Part shown: positions 10,839-19,263 of the stretch, piece after piece | How the letters are laid out: every line of letters begins with the position of its first letter | Numbering within the stretch: the first letter of the stretch is position 1 | From: Haliotis cracherodii | Taxonomy: Eukaryota | Reading direction: 5' to 3' | Assembly (NCBI RefSeq): GCF_022045235.1 | Contig: NW_027266266.1 | Span: 186,001 to 250,000, forward strand | DNA: 64,000 nucleotides | Notes under the pieces: model-generated | Told to the model about the DNA's origin: nothing | Database searches by the model: none | The model's input: the letters and a program-made list of their open reading frames with translations, nothing else | Position numbers and translations under genes: made by a program

Positions 10839-13800
10839 TTATAGAAAGTCATCTCTGTACCCAAAGGGGAGCGTGTCTACAGGCAGTCCTGTGGTTTCGT
10901 CGTAGACGAGACGTCGCTTGTCGTACACGGTACGATAGTTTTTTCGGGTGGGTGGGCTCACAAGAGCATTTTCGTGCCGAGGTCCTTTTCGAATGATCTG
11001 ATGAGGATAATCCAAACTGATTTTCTCGCCCTCTTTCCCAGGCCGCTGTCCCAGTATCAGGCCTTTCATGATGTCAAAGTTGAGATGTTGTTGGTTTCGG
11101 TAATTCCAAGTGAACCCTCGCACTTTGCAGGTCGTGTGCGTTCCATCGGGTCTGGGGTTCATTAACTCATTGCCATAGTTCTGGGGGCCTCCTGACACAA
11201 ACGTCTTGATGGTGTTTCCGTCCAGTTCATTTGTAAACTCACCCAACGAATGGCCCAGCTCTGGATTCGCGTCGTGGGGTCGATGAATGTAAATGACGCT
11301 GTCTGTGTCAAAGTACAAGACCCTGCGATCCACCAGAGCAAGGGTCTCGTACAGCTTGAGACGTGCTTGGGCGGTGACCCAAGCAGCGATGGCGACATTG
11401 AAATGAGAATGAGGGGTTTGGAATTCCTTCTGCTGGGTATAGGTCACTTCCACCATGTGTTCGTTGACAACGGTGACATCCTCGATGGTATTGCGTTCAT
11501 CCCTCCACAAGGTAAGGTACTGTAAAGGATCGTTCATATAGACGTTCTGACTGTAGTCTACCCGTTGTCCAAATTTGCCCCAGAGCGAATTCATTTGTAT
11601 CTTGGCAATTGTGCCGCGTCCTGGATTTTTTTCGATGCGGTCCTTGTCCAACTCAATGCCTTCTTGTCGTAGATCTCTGGATGTAAGCGTCGTGATCCGT
11701 ATATCCCTCAGGGTATCCGCTGGCTTCGAGCTTCTCCTTGAAATGCCGATCGATGTAAGTGTCAAAGAGTCCCACTTGCTGGGTGTCGGGATCATGCTGT
11801 GCAAAGGTGTCAAAATGCCAAATGTCGTAGATCTGAAGCACCTGGTAGTCATACTTCTTCACGGCTTCCTGGAGTTCTACGGTTGCGTACGTCCCCACCC
11901 ATGATCTCTGTAAGGCAGTAGCGGATGGTAGAGTCGTTTCGGGGGTAAGACACGGCATTGGATCAGTTCTTTCAGTTCAAACAATGCGTCCACAGGGGGT
12001 TGATGGAGAAGGGTCGGGTGTCCCGTGGGAAACGCTCTGGTCTTACAAATGTATGGATAAAGGGAACAAATATCGATGCATTTGATGGTTTCACCTTCTT
12101 GGGCTTCGTAGCACAATCGCGTGGCATTGGTGCGCCCTCCATAGAAGGCGTCGCGAGGGTTGAGCGGCCCGGGGACGTGGATACAGTGGGGTCCCTGCAA
12201 GAAAGCACGCAGAGCAGAGTCCCCCCGTTGCATTTGTGTAAACTCGTGCTCCCACAGGGTGACGATCCGTTTCACCTCAGGGTGTTGACTCAAGAGACCC
12301 AAGCAGTAGTGGATGTTGGTGTAACGGGCTCCCAACGACGTGCCCAGGATGGGATGTGGTTCTCCACGTTGGGTCTTGTGACAGGCCTGGCACCCATGCC
12401 AGAAACAGCCCAGGAATTCGTAGACGGTACCTGTCGCTGGATCGTAGCCATCCACACTGTACCGATGTTGGCCCTCTCCACAGGTGAACTCTTTTTCACC
12501 ACCATTCCTGGCATGCTGGAGGTGCAGATGGGGGTCCCTTTCCATCAGATATTGGAGCCAGCGCATACAGGCTTGGGAATAGTTTCTCTTGGGCTGGTAG
12601 CCTTGAGGTGGAAGAATGGCAATGGTATTGGGTTTCAGGTCGTGTTTTCGGAAGGATTTCATGGTGAACGCAGCAGCTGTCATCACTTCTACAAAGGGAT
12701 CCATGCCAACCGAGTTGATGGCGTTCTGTCGGAAGTCAGCACATCCCCGTCTCAAAATGTCCACATCGCTCTGGCAGAAGGCTAAAAAATCTCCTTGTAA
12801 GTCGAACAAGGCTCCTTCTTGCACTTTTTGGGTATGCCACTGGAGGAAGACTGTACGTTCTGCGGGAGACATGCCATCAGGATCGTACATGACGGCTGGT
12901 GGATAGACACCACTCTAGGTCTGGTTGGCTTCGGTATTGAAAAAGTGCGGAAAGTACCCTTTTTCAGTTCTTTCAGCCCAAAGCTCTTGGGAAATGTTTT
13001 CAGGGTGTAAGGGATGAAATTTAAGCTGTCTTCGAAACACAACCGTCCCAGGGTCACCTGCAGAATCTGTTGTCCATGTCGAATCTTGGTGGGGAGTTTC
13101 ACCAGAAGGGGGTACAGACCCTTTAGGATCAAATGTAGATCATAGGATCGTGCATTATGGGCAATCACATAAATGCGATCCTCCTGGACTGTTGTGGTGG
13201 TGCTCTTGTTCTTTGGCGTCTTTGTTTTCTCCACTTCCATGACCTCTTCCCCCTCCACCTCTTCCATCTCCTCCTGCTGGGGTGATGCATGTCGTTGACG
13301 TTTGGAAGCGTGGATTCTTGAGGGGGTTCCATCCTGTTTTCTTTTTTTCCCCAGGCCTCCTGTTGTCCCCTTGCGTGTGCTGCCCTCCTCTTCCTCTTGG
13401 TCCTTGTTCTTCTTGGTTTTTTCAGACAGCGTGGTCAACCACACACACACATCATGGCGCGTGGTGGGACCTCGAAACACGATCTCACGGCTGGGACCAT
13501 ACCCTTCTTCTCTCCATGGACAGTGTTCGCACTTCACTGATGCACCATCCACATCCAAGTTGCACCACCCACAAATTTGGAATGTGTTCCCCCGTGTCTT
13601 GCATACATTCAAAATCGTAGAATGCGTATTGGACGTCGTCTCGTACGTGATGTTGTTCCTCTTCCCCCTCTTCCTCCACCTCTTCCTCACCCTCTTCTTC
13701 CCCCTCCTCGTTTTCTTGAGGCGTCATGTAACAGCGATGGTCTGGTGTCATGGGTTCTCGACACACCAAGCAGGGATGTTCTTCATCGGAGCACTCGTGA

Positions 13801-14943
13801 TGAACCATGGGGGTCTCCAAGACGCGGACCAGCTGAAAACAGACCGGACACCTGTGAATCGATTGACAGGCGCTGGGTTTTCCCTCTGACGGTGACTGGA
13901 GATGTTGGGTGTAACACTGCTGATTGGGGAACCAACGTTGACATGTCAAGCAAGGGATCCCTTGCTCTTCCTTAGGTCCGCAATAGCTAGAGTGGAGGCA
14001 ACGGTGACAGCGGTATTGCTTGGTGCAGGGGTGTTTTTCGTGATGATCGTAACGTTGGTCGCAGTGTTCGCAGTAATGGACAGACCCGTCAAAAGCGGAC
14101 ATGGAAGTGATGACATCATAGTGCTGATCATGATGATATAAATGCAGTACGGTGGCGTGGGGTGGAGCCTCATCACACTTGTACAACAGTCTCTTGACAG
14201 TAGACTTTCAGTTGATAATTCAGGGAGGCCAAGGCCCGTCCCACGCGTGTGAGGTCGTCCAGACCTTGACAGGGACCTTCAGGCAGGCCAAGGCGTCGAA
14301 ACAAGACCCGTGCCGGTATGCCTTGAACGTCGGCCCGATCCGTTCTCGTCAGTCTCATTCGCCAGGCGGTCCATTCTGGGGTCAGAGGATGGGGCTTCTG
14401 GGCATAATGTTGTGCCACCACCAGGGCTCGTGCCAAACAGGATTGATCTTCGTTCTTGATCCTTACAATGGACCGTTTGCGTGTTAAAAAGGCTTCGAGT
14501 CCAATCACGTTTTTCAGCCTGGGACCTCCACTGCCCGATCCTAGCCTGTCGGGATCTGCGACGTGTACTAAAGTCACAACCATGGTGGCATCGATGTTCA
14601 GGTCTTTGTTGGACTGTTGGAATTTTTCCACGGCCTGTAAAATAATTAGCCTATGGAGATCTTCAAAGTGACGAAAGGGAATCCGTATGGGGGTGTTCAA
14701 AGTGGGATGATCGATACCTAGACCAATACGATCTCCCTTCTGGCCTGACATCTGTTGATAAAAGTCATCGATCACTCTGTCAAATAAAGCTGGTAGTTCC
14801 ATGGGAGCGCGGTCCGGTGGTACGGTGTCCAAGTAGTCTGGGTTGAAAGTCAAACGATAGGTATGGTTAGCAGTTCTTAACTGCCTGGAGCGGGTGATAT
14901 CTTTCCTCTCCAAACGATAGGGCGTACTTTGGTTGCTCGTCAT
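10839..14943 (-). pseudogene. polB: Protein-primed family B DNA polymerase (Polinton pPolB with N-terminal OTU-like/zinc region and VSR-like insertion), disrupted
   Basis: Likely ATG at 14943 (MTSNQ). Motifs in order: IKNEDQSCLARALVV, HYDVI plus CxxC cluster, ExoI YDFEC, ExoII AHNARSYD, DSLNF, ExoIII FCQSDV, VDGYD..YEFLGCFWHGC insertion, YGGRT, DICSLYP, KIQMNSLWGKFGQ, YFDTDS. About 5 frameshifts (~14190, ~13540, ~12955, ~11895, ~11680) and an in-frame TAG near 12916. Confidence 0.92.
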
Positions 14944-15024
14944 GATAGCGGTGTGTGTCTGATGAACGTTTGTACTACAAGAGGGGCTGAACGTCTGATT
15001 GATGGACAACCCTTCCCCAAAACA

Positions 15025-15310
15025 GGATCGAAATTTGACCAATCAGAAACCTGGGTTGTCGACCAATCAGAAGACAGCACCGACCAATGGTAAAATCCAT
15101 TTCCTATGGAAAAGAAACACAAGGGTCGGGTCGTTTTGGAAAACCGAGGTGCAGGCCAGGCACCGGAACGAACCAATCAGTGCGCTGCGTTTTGGGCCAA
15201 CCAGGAAGCAGCGAGTTTCGATCCGGTTCTTCTCCTATAAAACAAGAGTGGATTCGAGCGGGTCAGTGTCACTTGTAAAATTTTATTTTATAAAATCAAG
15301 AATTGCTGAA
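15025..15310 (+). promoter_or_regulatory. Repeated Polinton promoter cassette, copy B (divergent region between pPolB and the BIR gene)
   Basis: Four CCAAT boxes (~15039, 15063, 15084, 15173), TATAAAA at 15236 and a TCAGT initiator-like motif at 15263. Homologous to 16812-17133. Confidence 0.7.
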
Positions 15311-15391
15311 ACAAAGAAGAGTGGTACGACGACGGGTGGCGGAGACGTGGTGACGGATAGTGCAGATACTCGTGGATGTTGGAGTAAGAGT

Positions 15392-15763
15392 ATGGATGTT
15401 GAGGATGGGATACCATCGCTCAGTAACACGCCATTGACCTATTTTCTACGGTTTGAAAGAAGGCTCGCTTCGTTTGAGACGTGGCCTACGCAAATGAACC
15501 AGACTGGTGAAGAGATGGCCCATGCGGGCTTTGCCTACACAGGGGGTGCCGATGGCGTGTACTGTTTCCAATGTGGGGTGCGGCTGAGACGATGGGCGCC
15601 CCACGACGATCCTTGGGTGGAACATCACTGGTGGTCCCCACACTGTGACTACCTCAGACTAACAGGTCTTGTGAAACACAAGAAGAAGCTACAACTACGC
15701 TATCTCCGTGAGGAGAATGTGAATCAGAAGAACACGAATGGCGTAGCACGGCTGGATGCCTAG
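15392..15763 (+). CDS. Single-BIR-domain inhibitor-of-apoptosis-like protein (123 aa from first ATG)
   Basis: RLASFETWP..EMAHAGFAYTG..DGVYCFQC-x16-H-x6-C is an exact BIR Cx2Cx16Hx6C signature. No RING. The frame is open upstream to an ATT at 15302. Confidence 0.9.
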   Translation: MDVEDGIPSLSNTPLTYFLRFERRLASFETWPTQMNQTGEEMAHAGFAYTGGADGVYCFQCGVRLRRWAPHDDPWVEHHWWSPHCDYLRLTGLVKHKKKLQLRYLREENVNQKNTNGVARLDA

Positions 15764-16060
15764 GAGGGCGACGTTTCCCGTGTCCTGTGTTCCTGTTCAA
15801 GTTCCCGTTCCAGTTCCGGTTCAAGTTCCCGTTTGTCTACTGCTGTTGTTGTGGATGGTTCAGTCTGTTTCCGCTTCCTGTTTCCTACAAGCTTTTCTTT
15901 TGTTGGACCCCACAAGTGTTGGCACATAGGGCACCCCGATGACATACCCAGATGGTATACCCAGATGACAGCAAGTACCGTTTCGACGATCCTTGTCTTG
16001 TCATAAGCTTGGACATGATGATTCTTCTTGGACAGCAGCAGAAAAGTTTTCTTCTTTCCC

Positions 16061-16105
16061 AAAACGGCCCTTTTCAGGGCCACCCATCTCACCCAAAAGA
16101 CAACT
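16061..16105 (+). terminator. Histone mRNA 3' stem-loop plus downstream element, copy 2 (perfect consensus)
   Basis: AAAAC-GGCCCT-TTTC-AGGGCC-ACCCA-TCTCACC-CAAAAGACAAC, stem at 16066-16081. AATAAA follows at 16192. Confidence 0.85.
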
Positions 16106-16811
16106 TTCATCCCTTGCTTTGCCAAACAACGACAATCCAAAACAAAGAACCCACACCCTCCCCTTAGACCTCTTGGAGGCACACGTGTAAAAATAAAATA
16201 AATAGATATAAATATAAATATATAAATAGAGACACGTGGTACACTACGTGTGCATGGAGACACGAGTCAAACATCACGTGTGCATGAAAACACGTGTCGC
16301 AGTACGCCTGTCGACTTACACGGGTGTCAACACCTCGGTATCATTAAAGAATCATAATGATAATTTGAAGACACACACACACACACACACACACACAGGA
16401 CACGACGTTTGCATCACGTTGGTGTATTGATCTTTCTCTATTCATCTCAATACTACATCCATGGTTGTAGTCACACACACATACATACACGGGGCATCAC
16501 GACATTTTGCCTGACAACATGCGTGAAACACTTCGTGTACCTGGTAACACGTATGACAGTACACCCGTCAACCTACACGAGTGTCAGCACCTCGGCATCA
16601 TTCATAATAATAATAATAATCATTCTATGGATCAACGTAAACGTCTGTTTGAAGACAAACACACACAGAACATTCCGATTGGCATGGGAGTAACACAACG
16701 TACATCACGTAAGCATTCTTACATCACGTTCATGCCTACTTATGACGGTCCACCTTAAGCATTCAGACGACCATCTACCTAAAAATACCAAGGCTACCCA
16801 AGAAAAAAACC

Positions 16812-17133
16812 GGATCGAAATCTGACCAATCCGAAGCCTGGGTTGTCGACCAATCAGAGGCCGCGCTCGGACCAGGCTGGGCTCTCACTGGCCGAACCGG
16901 GGTTGTGCTTTCTCTCCCATGGTAAAATCCATTTCCTATGGAAAAGAAACACAGGGGTCGGTCCGCTTTGGAAAACCGAGGTGCTGGCCAGGCACCGGAA
17001 CGAACCAATCGGGGCTGCGGCCTGGGGAACCAACCAAGAAGCAGGGTGTCAGTACCTCTCCTATAAAACAAGAGTGGATTCGAATGGATCAGTCACTTGT
17101 AAAATTTATTCGAAAAATCAAGAATAACTGAAA
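16812..17133 (+). promoter_or_regulatory. Repeated Polinton promoter cassette, copy C
   Basis: CCAAT boxes, CCTATGGAAAAGAAACAC core, CTATAAAACAAGAGTGGATTCG TATA region and TCAGT. Lies upstream of the Cys-rich ORF. Confidence 0.7.
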
Positions 17134-17447
17134 ACTGGGATCTGGAGCTAGCCTCAGTGGTGCACCCTTTGCCACTGTGCAAAGGGTGTCGCTCGGAGTT
17201 GGAGAAGAAAGAAGCAGTACCGCCATTGCCATTGCCTCCACCATGGCAATGCGGTACATGCCAAGGGGGCCTGCCTGTGTACGCCCTTGGCACAAAGGCA
17301 TGGGATGGAACATTTCAATGTGTGTACTGTAAGACCATCCTCAAGGACACCTACGTGCGGCGGTTAACGCACACCGGTAGGTGTCCTGTGAGGAGACAGA
17401 TGAATGTCCACCCGTGCCTTTGCACCGCTGCGTGCACTTGCATGTAA
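17124..17447 (+). CDS. Polinton Cys-rich (three CxxC plus terminal Cys cluster) zinc-binding-like protein; no upstream ATG
   Basis: Open frame from ATA 17124: CKGC..PPLPLPPPWQCGTC..CVYC..CLCTAACTCM*. It sits between promoter copy C and a histone stem-loop 10 nt after the stop. Confidence 0.6.
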   Translation: MTENWDLELASVVHPLPLCKGCRSELEKKEAVPPLPLPPPWQCGTCQGGLPVYALGTKAWDGTFQCVYCKTILKDTYVRRLTHTGRCPVRRQMNVHPCLCTAACTCM

Positions 17448-17452
17448 GCATC

Positions 17453-17498
17453 AAAACGGCCCCTTTTCAGGGCCACCCATCTCACCCAAAAGACAACT
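17453..17498 (+). terminator. Histone mRNA 3' stem-loop-like signal, copy 3 (in right TIR)
   Basis: AAAAC-GGCCCCT-TTTC-AGGGCC-ACCCA-TCTCACC-CAAAAGACAAC, with one extra C in the 5' stem arm. Confidence 0.75.
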
Positions 17499-17975
17499 CT
17501 CATCCTTTGCTTTGACGACCCTCCAACCCAAACCATGAACCCGTCTCCTCCTTTCCTCCCTCCCTCCCTTCCCTCCCTCCCTTCCCTCCCTCCCTACACC
17601 ACCGGCACCCCGTCTATGTTTAGAACAACAACGACAACAACAAACGATTTTTGACGCGCTTCTTTCAATGTCGATCCCGTTCACCTTTTACGTGCGCTTC
17701 TCCGGGGTTTCCCCTATCCTCCCCGGAAACGGAGGCAACGCCCTCTTGGAGGCGTGCGCTACCGGACACGGAAATGCTGCCATCTTGGATGTGCACGCCA
17801 CCGGAAATGGAAGTGCCGCCATCTTGGAGGCGTGCGCCACCGGAAACGGAAGTGCCGCAATCTTGGATGCGCACGCCACCGGAAACGAAAGTGACGCAAT
17901 CGTGGATGCGCGCGCCACCGGAAACGGAAGTGCCGCCATCTTGGTTCTGGTTCCAGACCGATGCACACACCTACT
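17455..17975 (-). repeat. Right terminal inverted repeat of the Polinton
   Basis: Reverse complement of 7678-8199 with substitutions, one more 39-bp unit and shorter microsatellites. Confidence 0.93.
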
Positions 17976-18344
17976 ACAGACAGTACTAAGGCGTTGTGAA
18001 TTTTGCTATGTGAAAACAACAAATTTCGCCACCTTTAAATTTTCGCCGATAAAACTACTCTGGGATGAACATCATTATTGACAGCTTTATGTAAACTGTA
18101 AGCGAAGCTGATACTTCATGTTTTCTGAACGACATACTTGTATCTCAAATGGAGTTGTAAGTTTATATATGACGTCACACATGTATTTTATTGTTAAACC
18201 ATTTTTGTAACTGTATTATATTGTTTCTGCTGCGATTCGGTAGAAGCTCATTGCATTGTATTTGGACATTGATTAGTTGTCAGGAATGTAGTACTATTTA
18301 ATTACGGAATGTAAGAAAGTTTCTATATTTAGATGATAGTGCTG

Positions 18345-18949
18345 TGTAGCAGTGTTGGGTTCGAATCCCGGACGGGACTCAACCCCCAAAAGTACAAGAA
18401 TCTTTACTTTACAAAGAAGGTGTTATCCCACATATAACGTCTGTTATATATAGTGTGGTGTGTAAACCTCCGGAATACCGTGAAGTGTGAAACATGTAGA
18501 ATATACTGTCATGTTACTGTTATGTGATGGCACTGTGTAGAAATTTCCAGTAAAAGTTAGACTGTATATAAGGGGACAAGAGCGTGCCCCTCGTATCTCT
18601 CACACATTTCATTACATCAAGACAAGCTTTCGTGTGAAGATCACTCATCACCCCGGATTCCCTGTCTCGGAAGCCTGGCCACCGTCGCCGTTGGGTGAAT
18701 ATATATTATTATCACTGGCTAACACCACTGTATTTTTTGTATTTGATACCGACCACTGCCGTCAAATTATTTATTTCCATTGAATATTGTACTTCCACTC
18801 TATTGTGTACTGCCATTGTAATTGCTGTGAGGTGATTTGTGTTGACTTGGAAACCTAGTTAAGCGGGGACATCGTCAATTTGAATGTATGTGAAAAATAT
18901 GAAGTGTATTTGTATGTATCAAATAATCAATAAAGACATGCTCACAACA
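18345..18949 (+). mobile_element. Possible solo LTR
   Basis: TGT...ACA ends, TATATAAG at ~18564 and AATAAA at ~18929. No convincing TSD. Confidence 0.25.
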
Positions 18950-19263
18950 CACTAAACATTCTTTATACATTAACTTACAGAGGTGAGCTGAATTGGGGTT
19001 TATGCACGTACGTGTGTGTGTGTGCTTGTACTAGTCCGGACTCATGCCGATTCTATAGTGCTAGCCAATTGAGATACCATGCCGCAGTTTAACATGAATA
19101 TCCCACTCAGACAAAGTATACTGACTCACATTTGAATGATGTTGACACAGCATATTCACCGGAGAGTAAACATGTGATTACAAGATATTAATAAGTGGTA
19201 CAAGAACAAAGTGTGTACTTGTATTAGCATATATACCTATACTTTGCCATCCAAAAGCTTGGT

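Larger units (their letters stand above)
7678..17975. mobile_element. Polinton/Maverick (adintovirus-like) element, 10.3 kb, lacking integrase and virion genes
   Basis: Begins AGTAGTTGTGTGCATCGG and ends CCGATGCACACACCTACT. Identical 6-bp TSD ACAGAC at 7672-7677 and 17976-17981. ~520-bp TIRs. Internal protein-primed PolB. Confidence 0.93.

Noticed and set aside
14999-15301. N-terminal ~100 aa of the 254-aa ORF in the track
   Set aside because: Translates the repeated promoter cassette and 5' leader, mostly upstream of the TATA box; the BIR protein probably starts at 15302 or 15392.
15764-16065. A histone gene upstream of the perfect stem-loop
   Set aside because: No histone-fold or H1 globular-domain sequence recognisable here or before the other two stem-loops.
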